DNA of 64,000 bases from Camelus dromedarius (GCF_036321535.1 NC_087446.1:56110001-56174000); one strand, 5' to 3'; shown: positions 50,561 through 62,600, counted from the stretch's first letter. The notes: generated from the sequence alone by a model not told the origin. Made by a program: numbers and translations.

Positions 50561-51252
50561 TGGGGGGCGGGGGTGAGGGTTGGGGGGTGGACTGGGCGGG
50601 GCGGCCCAGGACGCCTGGGTCTCTGCCCCTCCCATTCGCTGGGCTTCCGTGGCTCCGTACCCGGGAGGCCGGGCAAGGATGGCAGAAGAGGTCAGTGTCC
50701 TGGGCCCATGATGCCACCCTTTCTGTCTGGCACTTTTCCCTGTCTTGCCATTCGGGGGCACTGGTTGAGTTCTCCAGCCAGGCTGTGGTTCAGGGAGGCC
50801 AGTCTCTGCACCTCCCCAGGGTAGGCAGTGGGGGCTGTATCCACGTCCTCCCCGGGGTGGAGTGACTGCGCAGGGATAAGCCAGGGCAGATGCGACTGCC
50901 TTTACCCTTCGCTTAGCCTTCACCTGCAAGTCAAAGTAGTATCTACTTCCCCTTGCCTACCCAGGGAGCTCCTTTGGTCCCAGGAGCAAACTGGTTTAAC
51001 TAGTGGAGTTTGTCGGGGGTGTTAAGGCCTGCGTTTAAGGACCTCCTCCCTCTCACCCTGCCTTGAGTAAGCTGTGGGAGTTAGGGCTCCTGGGTCCCTG
51101 GCTGACGATGCCGTCCCCACCTTTAGGCTTGGGTCTGGAGGGGAGAGGCTGGAGAGGAGGGCAGGAGGAACTGTAGCTGGGAGTGGGAGGAGCCTTGGGC
51201 TGGGTGTGAGGGAGAAAGCCCCAGCCCAGGGTGTGTGTCTGCCTTAACTAGC

Positions 51253-51280
51253 GCCTGCCTGCCTGCCTGCCTGCCTGCCT
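51253..51280 (+). repeat. (GCCT)7 microsatellite
   Basis: Read directly. Confidence 0.95.
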
Positions 51281-53554
51281 GGTGGATGCGCCACGAATGT
51301 TGTTGACTCTGGGTCTGTGTAAATATGTGCATGCGTGCGCCCAGAGTGTCAGTGTCTGATGGGGACATTCTCTGACTTCAACGTGACTGCTGCAGAGTGG
51401 GAACCCTGGGGTGTCAGTGTCCATTCTACTGGGGACAGAGAGAGAAGAGAAGGAGCCTGAAGTACAAATTCTGTGCACCCACAGGGACTAGGTGGGAGTG
51501 AGAAAGTGAAGGGCAGCAGGAGTAGAGGGGGCTGGGCTAGGCTGGAGAGATGCACCCAAAGGACCTTCCCCAGCAACAGTCCCGGGACCAGCTCCTGGTC
51601 ATGTCACATTTTCCATACTGGAGAATACCACCCTGGGGGCTAGGTATCCTCCTCCCGGGAATGGCCACTTTGGGTAGCCAGAGTCAGGTGAAGGGGAGGG
51701 GGAAAGAAGCGGCATGCTGTGGCTCTCTCTGGAGAACAGGAGATGTTGATGGGGTGCAGACAAGGCCCTCCCTTTCACTCTAGGGGTGGGAAGAGCTGGG
51801 AATAGGTACTCCAGGGTCCCGTCCCCAGGTGGCCTGGCTGCTGTTGACTTAGCTTGGTTACCCTGGGAGCAGTTCTCAGCAGTGTGGGAGGGGCGGGTGT
51901 CGGGGAGTTGGACCCAGGCGTCCAGGCTGGGGTGGGATGGCACTCTGCCTGTGTGGCAGGGATCCTGCCAGGAGACTGCCAAGTTAACCCCTCCTTCCCT
52001 GGTGGTGGTGGCTGGCAGAAGAAGGGCGGGCCCCGCTGTGGTTTGTGAATGTGGCCCTAATTCCCCCTCCCCCTCCCAGCACATCTGTACTTGGTTTACA
52101 GTGAATGAGTCTCCTGTCCTCATGAACCGGGCGAGGGCACCACTCCCTCCCTGGGCCCTGGCTGGGCATCCTGACACAGAACCAGACACCACCCACCCCT
52201 GAAATGCTCCCCCTGCTGGGTTGCCCTTTCTCAGCTCTTCGCCTTCTCCTTAGAGGGGCTCAGGGGCTGGCCCCCAGAGCTAAAGCTCTAAGACTGTGCA
52301 GCTAAGGTAGCAGATGGGGACAGAGAGGCTAAAACGGAGAACAAAGTCTTGAGTAACCTGGAAAGAAAGAGTGGGTCTGTCTCTGCCCTCTTTGTCTTGG
52401 TTTGTCTGTCTGTCTTTGTCTCTGCTGGGTGTTTGTCCATCCATCTGTCTTCGTAAATGTGGCTCCGCCCTTCTGGCAGCCTCTAAGGTCCCCAGCCAAC
52501 GACAGCAGCCAGGGGGCGATGCCCAGGAAGATCCGCCCCATGCCGGCCCTTCCCCTTGGGATTGCCGCGCCTCCGCCCCCGCCCCTCCCCAGGACCCACT
52601 GACTGGGGTCTGTTGGCTGCAGTGGTTTGGAAGTCAAACCAAACAGCCCAGGCAGATTAGGGAGCAGAGAAGAGAGGCATTGTGAGGGGTTCAGATGCTT
52701 CTCCTCTCCGTCTTGCATCCGAGCCTGTGTTCTGTCCAAAGATTCCAGGAGGAAGCTTGAGAAGGGGGTCTCCCACTCTGGAAACTGGTGGCGAGAGCTC
52801 CCCTCATTTCTCTTTCTCTTGGGTCATCTCTCCTTCTAGGCTCTGCTCTGTTTTGTAGTTGCTCCCCTTAGCCACCCGGGCAACTTGGAGAAATGATGTC
52901 TTGGGAGCCTGAGGACCAGGCTTCCCTTGCTCCCTTCATCACGAAGACCAAAAGGACAGGAAAAGGATCCAGACCTGTCTCACCTACCCCGACTTTGCTT
53001 TATCACCCACCTTTAATTGTCACTCTTGCCCCCTCCCCACCAGCATCCAGATATAGAATAGGTAATTTCCCCATACCCAGTCCAGTATTGGGGGGTGTCC
53101 TATGCCAGGCTCAGAGGTGGCTAGCAGATGTCTGCAGGAGGTGGAGGAGCTATGTTACAACCCCCAAGGACATCATTAAGGCACGGAAGTGCCATCGGGG
53201 CTTGGAGACCAGGGCACCCAGGGAGAGCATGATGAAAACATGTTTTGTACAACACGTGTCTTCTTCCCCTTCCTCCCCTAATCTTCCACTTCCTCCCCCT
53301 CAGCCTTCTCTGTGATGAGGCTGGTGCCAACCTTGCCCCGGGTGCTTGCTCAATTCTACCCCTAGTATCAGGCCTATTCTGCTGCCTGCTGGCTTGTTGG
53401 CTCTCCTGGTGAGTGAGTTTGTGTGTGGAAGGTCCTTACCAGCCTCAGAGCTGCCCAGGTCCTCACATAGAATAAGGCCTTGATTTTGAAACACAGGATT
53501 TGAGGATTAGCCTAAACAACTCTAGGAATTTCTCCCCTGAACATGCACTACTCA

Positions 53555-53860
53555 CCTGTTCAACAAGTCTTTATTCAGCATCCACTGTGTGCCAAGCACT
53601 GTGCTGGGCCATAGGAATCCCAAGGTGTGGTCCCTGCTCATAGTCTGTGGAGGAGTCAGATACTAACCACATAACCCACAAAAGCACAAGTGATAACCAA
53701 TGTGGAGAGGCATAAGGTACTGTGAGAAGGGATAGTAGGAGGATTTCCCCTCTAGCCAAGGAGATCAGGAAAGGCTTTTGGGGGAAAGAGTGAGAAGGAG
53801 AATGGAGAGAAGGGAGGGCAGCAGAAAAGTATGTGCAAAGGCCCTGGAATCAGGGTCCTG
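53555..53860 (-). mobile_element. LINE-2 3' fragment
   Basis: ttcaacaagtctttattcagcatccactgtgtgccaagcactgtgctggg. Confidence 0.65.
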
Positions 53861-54939
53861 GCTCCCAGCCACCCTGCTCCCCCAGAAAGAAGAGGTTCCC
53901 TCCATTCCTGCTTCTCACCTGGATTTGATATGCTGCAAGGGAGGGACGGTAAGTACCTCTTAATGGCCCAAGGGGGACCCTGGCACACCTGGTGACCCTT
54001 CCCTGGAATGATTCCACCCATGTTTTCATCTCTTCCTCCAGAAAGGGAAACAGAGGCACAGATAGGGAAGAGGAGTCCACAGGCTTAGGCCTGGGATTAT
54101 ACACAGAAGACAAGGCCTCACGTTGTTGGCAAATCCCTCAGGGGGAGGGATTCCTGAGTTTGCCCAGCTGGAGCCATGCCAGACAGAAAAGCCTTCTCCT
54201 CTATGCTGTTTGACCATGCACCCTTCCTCTCTCCGATCCAGCCCTGACCTGTCCCGGTCCCTGGAACGAGGAGCATGTCTGCCTCCACGGTTGCCCGAAG
54301 TGTGTGTGAGGTCAGTGCTCCAGGTGTCTGCCAGTCCCTGTGTGGGTGGGTGGAGCCGTCTGTTCTGTATCGAACCTCCATCAGGGATTACGGTGTTATC
54401 TCTCCTCTGTCCACTGGGAGGCTTCCAGCTTCTCCTGCCCAGACACCAAGGTTCCAAGTTTCTTCCTTTCTGAAGAAAAGGGATGGAGGGTCCTTTGGAG
54501 GAGGGAGCAGGCTTCTTTGGGGCTGTGCCTCCTCCAGAGCTGGCAAAGAGGTCATGGGACCAATGGGGTTATGTTCCAGCCCTGCTCTGACCCATTTTCC
54601 TCCCTGAGCCCACATCCCCTGGGGCCAGGGTGTTGGGTGGGGCCAGCCTGGCACCCCCGCACCCACACCTGGGACTTCCCTTGGATGGAAACTCCCAGAA
54701 CCCTGGTATCCTACCTCCTCTGCCAGCTCCCACCAACCGCCTGGTTCACCTTCAGTCGATCTCCCTGTCTGCCAGCTCTCTACCAGACTACTACTCTCTA
54801 CTACTACATCTCTGCTTTAGCCCTGAGGGGCCTGGAGGATGTGGGCCCACTCTGGGGCCATCTTTGGTGTCTGGCTGTCCTTTCTAATGGACTCCTTTGA
54901 ATAAAAGATTTGGAGCTGGGGGAGGAAGTTGGGAAGCTT

Positions 54940-55150
54940 TCCTTTGTTGAGCACCTACTCTGTGCCAGGCAGTGTGCTAGGCATTTACATTCCTCACTTA
55001 ATCCACACAGCAGTCCAAAGAGGCAGCAGTTATTATCATCCCCATTTCATAGAGGAGGAAACTGCGAACCAGAGAGGTTAAGTGGCTTGCCCAATATCAT
55101 ACAGCGAGGAAGCAGCAGAGTTAACGGGGGAACCCAGGTCTTGGTGGTCC
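54940..55150 (-). mobile_element. MIR SINE
   Basis: ttgagcacctactctgtgccaggc...cccatttcatagaggaggaaactg. Confidence 0.85.
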
Positions 55151-55234
55151 TGAGCTCTCTTCACCACGGCAGGCTTCCTCCTCTTCTGCAGCTGCCCATC
55201 TCTCTGTGGGATGAGATACATGGGAAACTCACTT

Positions 55235-56095
55235 CAGTCCAATTCAGAAAACAGTTATTGAGCATCTGCTATATGCCAGGAACTGACTGGTGGCAGACCA
55301 GAAATACAAGGTAGGTCACTGTCCTCGAGATCTGGTGGGAAATGTAGGTGTACAGACTGGGGAGTATGTAACTTCAGCATAACGATTTGAACAAGGTGGC
55401 ACGGAGCAGAGAGAGAAGTACTTTTCTCTTTCTGAAAGAGTACATAAATATATCATGAACAGTGTACAGAATAAATTGGAATAAAGTGAATACCTATTCA
55501 ACTGCCATCTGGATCAAGAAAGAGTACTTCCTGCTCTGCAGAAGTTCCCAGGTGTCCCTCCCACAAAACCTCCCTTCCTTAAGAAGTAACCACCATCCTG
55601 ACTTTTGTGATAATTATTTCCTTCTTTCCCTTTAGGGTATTAGCACCTAGGTATGCATCCCTAAACAGTATTGCTTAACTTTGTCTGTCTTTGAGGTTTA
55701 TTTAAATGGAATGACACTGGATTACCCTTTTGTATCTTACTTAATTTGTTCAACTTCTTGTTTGTGAGAGAGAGATCCAAATTTTTGCCCATAACTGTCT
55801 TTTTTTTTTTTAATTGTGGTAGAGTATTTGGTTGTGTGAATATACCACAATGTATTTTTTTAAAATTCTATTGCTGGTGAATGTTTGAGTTGTTTCCAGT
55901 TTGGGCCATCATAATGCCACTAAGAACATTCTGGTACATGTTTCACAGTACCTACATGCAAGAGTTTTTCTGGGCTATAAAACTGAGTCAAAGTGCACAT
56001 ACAGGCAATCTCAATTTTATCAGATGATACCAAACTGTTTTCCAAAATGGTTGTACCACTTCCACGGGAAGTGGAACATTCTAACCTGGGGCAGG
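55235..56095 (-). mobile_element. L2 tail (about 55235-55440) followed by an L1M fragment (about 55440-56095)
   Basis: ttattgagcatctgctatatgccagg; tgtgtgaatataccacaatg...ttgagttgtttccagtttggg. Confidence 0.65.
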
Positions 56096-56109
56096 TATAA
56101 GACCAGGAA

Positions 56110-56780
56110 GACCCAGGTACTTCCTTCCCTAAAACCCTCAGTGGTTTTCCCTTTTCCTTGGAATAAGACCCAAGTCCCTACCATGGCTCCCAGGGCCCCT
56201 GCCTTGCTCTCTACCTGTGTCATCATGACCCTCCTCCTTGCTCTTTGTACTTGCTGCACCCCCCTTTCTGGAATGTTCTTCCGTCAGATATCGCCAAAGC
56301 TCTTTCCCTTGCCTTCTTCAGGTCCTTGCTAAAATATCACTTCTCAGCGGCATTTTCCCTGACCACTGAATTTTCGATGGCAGCCTCCAGCCCTCCTTAT
56401 CCCCTTCTCAGCTTTAGTTGTCTCCACAGTCCAGCCACTTGGGTTCCCTTCAGCCTCGGGCAGCTCTCCTCTGATCTGCCAGGGCTTAACCGACTGTCTC
56501 CCCCCCGGACCTTTAAGGGCTATCAGACCTGACTGTTTCAGGGCTGTCTAGCTGCCCCTTCTGCCGGACCCACCTCTGAGTCACCTTTTATCACACCACC
56601 CTGGTTTTCCCCATGGTCATTTTCATGCTCTGAAATAAGCTAATGTATGTGTTTGTTTACCTCTTTGGTTTTTGTCTCCACCCTGCCCCACCCCTCACTT
56701 TCATGGGAGCTCCACAGGAGAGCAAATGCTGCCGCTTTCTTGCTCTGTCCCATGGCCAGCACCAGCTGCGTGTTAGATCC
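56110..56780 (+). mobile_element. LINE-2 3' region
   Basis: aaaaccctcagtggttttccc...ttcttcaggtccttgctaaaatatcacttctcag...ttccctgaccac. Confidence 0.7.
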
Positions 56781-57481
56781 TCCAATAATAATTGTCAGGC
56801 TGGTTGTCAGTCTTGCGGAGACAGCCAGACACCCCCACCCCCACACCTGGGACTTGTCCTGTCCGGAAACTCCCAGAACCTCGGCCTCCTCCCTCTGCTG
56901 TCAGCTCCCACCAACATCACAGGCTCAGTCTCAGAGTATCTGTTGCTGCTGCCGCTGCCGCCACCACCCTCTGTCTCCTCTGGGGACTGTTTGGGAGCCT
57001 GAAGCAGCTGTTCTGGCCATCAGGGCTGGTGAGTGATGGGCAGGGGTCCTTACCCAGGCAGGTGTCAGGTGCCTGGAGCTCAAGAAATACTTTTTGATTG
57101 AATAAAGGGGAAGGCTTCAGAGTTGATCAGACCTCACCAGGTAGAGAAAAGAGAAAGGGCGCTCAGAGCAGAAGGAATGGTGTAAACAAAGGACTAGAGG
57201 TACAAAAGTGCACATCATATTGGGAGAACATGTTCTGGTCTGCTGCCCTTGGAGGGTTTTCAGTGGAGGGGAGGGGGTCAGGAGAGCACTGCCAGGCAGG
57301 CCTGAGAGGGAGGTCTAGATGGGAGGGTGGGGGGTGGATCTGAGCTCCTACAGGATCAGCAAGGCTCAGCAGTGTCTTAAGTTTAATCCTGTCCCCACCC
57401 CTGCTCCCCACAGTCTGCCCCTTTGACTCCACCCCTGCCTCCCCTTCACCCAATCCCCAGCCTGGCTGTTCCTGCAGCTGA

Positions 57482-57994
57482 ATGGACTTCTCTCTGGGCC
57501 TACGACTGGGGCCTCGGAACAAGAAGGCCAGCCACCAACAGCCCCTTCCACCCTCTGGGCACGGTCCACCAGCTGCCTCTCCTTGTCTGTCCTGTCCACC
57601 CTCCACCTGTGCCTGCCCCTGCCCTGGCTGCCCCCCTCCCACCTGCTCCTGCACAGCCCACCCATCTCATGCAGCTACCTGTCCCTCTTGTCCCGGCCTC
57701 CTTGGCCCACCGTGTACCTGCTCCTGCCCTCCCTGCCCTGCTTGTCCTCCCTTGACTTGTCCCCACAGTTCCTGCATCCCATGCTGTGGTCCCCACTTGA
57801 CCTGCTGCCACCCCTCTCCTTGCCCCATGTACGTGTGCTCTAAGGGTCGAGCCCCCTGTTCCAGCTCCTGCTTGGGCTGCAGTGACAGCTATGGCTGTGT
57901 CCGAGGTGCTGCCTGGGGACCTCTAGGCTCCACTGGCCGCTGCAGCTGCTGCTTCAGGGGACAGCGCACCTCTCGGCACTGTCTGATAGTCTAG
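57482..57994 (+). CDS. Uncharacterised Cys/Pro-rich protein, 170 aa, with C-terminal CaaX (CLIV)
   Basis: Intact ATG-TAG ORF with 31 Cys and 32 Pro; Cys codons concentrated in this frame (overlapping listed + ORFs have 1 and 3 Cys); acceptor ttcctgcag| 4 nt before the ATG. Confidence 0.65.
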   Translation: MDFSLGLRLGPRNKKASHQQPLPPSGHGPPAASPCLSCPPSTCACPCPGCPPPTCSCTAHPSHAATCPSCPGLLGPPCTCSCPPCPACPPLTCPHSSCIPCCGPHLTCCHPSPCPMYVCSKGRAPCSSSCLGCSDSYGCVRGAAWGPLGSTGRCSCCFRGQRTSRHCLIV

Positions 57995-59749
57995 CTTGGC
58001 TGTTGCCCCACTGAGAGATTAGAAGTCTCCCAGATCTCTCCTGCAGCTGCTTCCTCAGCGGGGAGGCAGATGCTCTGGGGGGTGGATCAGCTGGACCCTT
58101 CACCCAGGCCGGTGAGACAGCGGCTGGCCACCCAGAGCCCCGGTCTCTTCCTCAGTCCTGAGAGAGAGAGTGGACCACCTGCTTTGAAGTTAGTTTCTGG
58201 GCATGCTCCCGTTGGTTCCAGAACCTCCTCTTCTGCAACTTCTGGAATAGAAAGTCTTCTTCTCAGAGCCTGCCCCATGGCCCCTGAAGGTGAGCAAGTT
58301 GGCCATTTTCCCCTCTAGTCTGCCTCCCCTGCAGACCCTTCGTGGCTCATCTCTGCAGTGTGCATGGATAAGATGGGTCCTTCCTCTAGAGGTGATAGGA
58401 GATCCTTTGTCCAGGGGCCACTTTTCTTGCCCCATGGACCTCCACCCATCTCCTTGACTGACCTATGAGTCTCTGGACCCCTTACCTCTCATTGTGAGTA
58501 TGGTAAAGAAAGTCAGTGGCTCTTGGACCAAAAGAAGAGGCTGAGCAGAGGATTCCTGGTTAAACCCTCCCTTGGATATCATGACATCTTTCATGGTCCT
58601 TTGCTTCCAGGAACCTGGCACTCTCTACCTGGATGTCTTATCTTTCAAATCTTTCAGTGCTCGCCCAGCCTCATGACCTCAATCTTCCAGCAGTAATCCC
58701 ATCTGTTACATCCATGCTCATCTGGCAGGGGGCTGCCGAAGCAGGGAGCCCTTGACTCAGGCGCCAGTGATCCCATCCATGCATAACTAGTTGCTAGATG
58801 TAAGTCCCCTGTCCCTGAGGGTGGGGCTGGGGGTTTGGAGAAGCCACCAAGAGGAAGCCGGAAGTGATAGGCCTACGTATCTGCCCAGGACTGGACCCTA
58901 AGCTGAGAGGCCCTAAGCACCCCTCCACATTTCCCAAGACTTCTGAGGCTAGCCTGCTTCAATCTTCTCTTTCTCGCTCCTTCTCTGGGACCCTTTGTTC
59001 TTTCCTTTCTGTCTCTGTTTCTCCTTCTGCTTATCCTTCCTTCTAGCTTTTTATACCACTCTCTCCATTTCTATTTCCTTCTTTCTGTCACCTGGACATT
59101 CTGCCTTCACCTCACTTGTGTCTCTGTATCTGTCTTCCCCACTCTATGTCCCTCTCTTTCCCCATCTAATTTAAAATCTATTTAATGTATCTATCTTTTT
59201 CCTTCCCCCTTCCCTGTCTCAGTCCATGACTTTGTGTTTGTTTTCTTCCTCCTCCTATCTCTCTCTTTTCTGTCCTATTCTGCTTCTGGGTGCAAGTCAT
59301 TCTCGAACTCTTCTATTTTTATGTCCCTTTCTGTCTTTGTCTCTCTTCCTGTCTTCTGGGTCTAGCTGTTTTTTCATTACCTATCTCTCTTTCTGCCTCC
59401 CCACTATCTAGCTTTCTCTCTCTCTGTCTCCCTAGGTCCTGCAGCTGCCTGCACACTAGGTCTCCGGTGTGCCCATCTCACTGCTGCCCAAGGGCCAGGA
59501 GGACACCAAGTCCTCCATTGTCTCGCTGTCCCTCACACCCCCATGCCCTGGAGTGAGTGAGGGCTGGACACAGCTACCAGAACAGTCCCTTCTTCCCCTA
59601 CTCACTGTCCTGGCCATCCATTCCTACTCAGCTCTAAGCCCAAACCTTTTCAAAAATGATGTTTTTCTCTCAACTTCTTATTCTGAAAATTGACAACTGA
59701 AGAGAAAAAGAGTTACACACTTACGCTGCCTGTCCTGTATAAACTATAT

Positions 59750-60640
59750 TTCAGGGTAGCCAAATAGCTCTACGTGGCGAAGAAAACTTATTTACAGAAC
59801 TCCAGCTAATGTAGGGGGAATATGCAATTAGAAAAATCACCATTTTGCAACGGTTAATGAAATAAGGGATCAAAGCAAGAATTAACAATGGATGCAGCCA
59901 AGGATGATAGTTGATGGAGAACTTTACTATGGAGGAATCAAGCTATCGCTCCCTGAGCCAACTGATGAATCTTAGTTTCACTAAATCATGTACCATGTAC
60001 CTCCTGATATGATGCAATCTGATGCACTCAGCACCACCTTTGAAGGATTCTTACCAAAGAAACAAACCAAAAAACTGAACATGATTCTAATCAAACCTCT
60101 AGAGCTAACCTCTATTTATTTAATGGGAAATGTGGTGGATGGAGGAACAAATTAAATGACATAACAAAGAAGTAAGGAAATATACCAGAACGTGGGACAT
60201 TCCAAAGGAAAACTGAGCTGCTTTCTTCAACTAGTCAATGGCTGGGGAGAAAAGTGAGTGCAGACAAGAAGACAACTACTACATGGAATATGTGGGCCTT
60301 CTTTGGTTCCTGACTGGGACCACCCAATTGAAAAAAAAGATGTTTTTAGACAGTTGGAGACATTTAATTATGAACTGGGTATTCATGATGCCAAGGAATC
60401 AGTGTGGATTTTGTAAAAATGGCTTTGAGGTTATGTAAGAAAAGGTCCTTATTTTCTGGAGATGGATTGAAGTGATGTATTGAATTTTTAAGTGTTTTGT
60501 CAAATAAAAAAAGGACAGAAAGAAACGAGTAGAAGGAATGAAGGGACAAAACCAATATTGTTGAATTAAGTATATAGGATTTCATAGAACTATGATCTCT
60601 ACCTTTGTGTATGTTTGAACATTTTTGTAATAAAAGTTTT
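59750..60640 (+). mobile_element. Ancient L1M (L1ME/MC-like) 3' fragment
   Basis: aaaatcaccattttgcaa; tacctcctgatatgatgcaat; aatcaaacctctagagcta. Confidence 0.65.
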
Positions 60641-61099
60641 AAATGATACGCCTTGGGTAGCACGGTCCTAGTAACTCCCAGAGCATCCTCTCCACCTGCC
60701 CCAAAAGCCAGGACTTCCTCTGGAACTCCCCACACACAGACCCCAGCCCTCCTTGCCCTCTATTAGAAGTGTGTCCTAGAGATGGATTTGCACTCCCAAG
60801 CTGTCCTTTATCCCCTCCAGCCCTCTGCTGGCACATTTCCCATGTTTCAGGTCTTTCCCAGCTGTGTTTCAGAGCTCTAAGGGGCCAAGGGAACCTTAAA
60901 GAGTAAATATATTTTAAATAGGTCCCACAATAAAAACAATCCAAAATAATGTAATCTTCAAGTCTTCTTTTGTCAGGTGCTTCTGAGCAAAAGGCAACTC
61001 AGTAATGGAAGAACTCTGGCCTCCATCCTAGGAAAACAGAAGGCAAGGCACATAAGGCCATCCTGTCCCAGTCCCTGCCTTCATTCAGCATGACCTCCT

Positions 61100-61104
<5 letters not shown>

Positions 61105-61130
<26 letters not shown>
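61105..61130 (+). repeat. Poly(A)26 tract
   Basis: Read directly. Confidence 0.9.
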
Positions 61131-61429
61131 GACCACCAGAAACTGAAAGACAGGGTGTCATGAGTTCAGGAGATTTCAGTCCAGGACCAGGATGGAGGGC
61201 GTTTGGGTTTCCCACCCCCTCACTCACTGAATGACCTTGGGGAAATCATGATGTTTGAGTCTTCGTGTTTCTAGACAAATGCATGGGAACCAATATCCCT
61301 TTCTACTCTCTAGAAGTATGCCAGTTAGGGATAAAGGCACTTTGGAACTTGTAGGATATAAATCTTAGTTGTTTACTTTATCGTAAGAAAGTATTTCTCA
61401 AGATGTAATTCCAGACTGTCCCACCCTCT

Positions 61430-61690
61430 ACCCTCCAAGCTTTAGTATAAAGAAAACCAACATTTACTAATCACCTGTGCAGATGGGTGAACTCATTTAA
61501 TCTTCTCAGAAATCATGTGAATGTGGGATTGGAAGATCTGGGTCCCAGTTGACTCTACCTATTACCATGTGACTCTGGCCATGTTACTTAACCTTTCCAG
61601 CTCTGAAGGATAATAATAGTACCTACCTTACAGGTTGTTGTGACAATTAAACAATTCATCTATAGCAGCTGGCCTGGGACTTCTTAAAAT
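61430..61690. mobile_element. MIR fragments
   Basis: atgtgactctggccatgttacttaacc...aataatagtacctaccttacaggttgttgtga. Confidence 0.7.
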
Positions 61691-61774
61691 AGACCTTAAG
61701 TACATAATAACTGTTTCATAAGTGTTACCAGCTAATAGAGGCCAGCACTTTCACAGTAATTTACATGGATTAAC

Positions 61775-62310
61775 TTATTCACTCATTTATTCATCAAATT
61801 ATTTTTTGATTGTTTTTTATGTACCAAAAAGTGTTTTAAATACTGGGAATACAAGAGAACAAAACATAAAAATCTGTAGGGAGAAGAGATAGCAAATAAG
61901 TAAAATAAATAGTGTGCCAGATGTGTTAGGTGCCTTGGAGAAAATGGAGCAAAAGAGAATAGAGATTTGGAAGGCAAGCAGGTAGGTTGTTGTGGGGAGG
62001 TGGTGTTGCTACTTCAAACGAGATGGCCAAGGAAGGTCTCTCTGATAAGGTGACACTTAAACAGAGAACTGGAGGAGCTGAGGAAAGGAAGCATGTTGAT
62101 ATGGAGGAGAACCAGAACTTACAGGGCACCGTGTGCAAAGGCATTGGTGCTAGCCAGTATAGATGGTGTAAAAGGAGCTGGGGGGGAGAATGGAGGGAGG
62201 TGAGGTCAGAGAAGCAGCAAAGGAACAGAGGACAGAGGGTTTTACAAACCTTTATAAAGATTTTGGCTTTGACGCTTAGTGACATGGGAAGCTATTGGAG
62301 GGTTTTAAGT
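61775..62310 (-). mobile_element. LINE-2 3' fragment
   Basis: attcactcatttattcatcaa...ggccaaggaaggtctctctgataaggtgacacttaaacagaga. Confidence 0.8.
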
Positions 62311-62439
62311 AGATAATACTAAGGCTGGAGAAAGAGGTTAAATAATCTTTCCAATATAACACAGCTGGTAAGTGGCAGAGGGTGGGCATTCAGCTCCAAG
62401 GATGAAGTTAACCCTTAACTGCCACTGACCTTTAGCTGT

Positions 62440-62600
62440 TTTTATTTGGACACTGCTCTCCTATGACTGCAGACAAAGAAACTGGGACACTGAGCAGTCA
62501 TGTGGCCAGACCGAGGTCACACAGCTAAGTGACAGAGGTGGGATTTGAGCTTTAGCCTGTCTGCAAGCCAGAGTCCAAGTCCTTTACACCACACTGCCTC
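62440..62600 (-). mobile_element. MIR SINE
   Basis: gaggtcacacagctaagtgacagaggtgggatttga. Confidence 0.65.

Noticed and set aside
50009-50929. 306-aa ORF and neighbours
   Set aside because: Span an N gap and a CpG island; openness is artificial
56703-56780. MGAPQESKCC, an apparent myristoylation/palmitoylation start in ORF 56643-57002
   Set aside because: This stretch matches the 3' end of the adjacent L2, so it is probably not a real N-terminus
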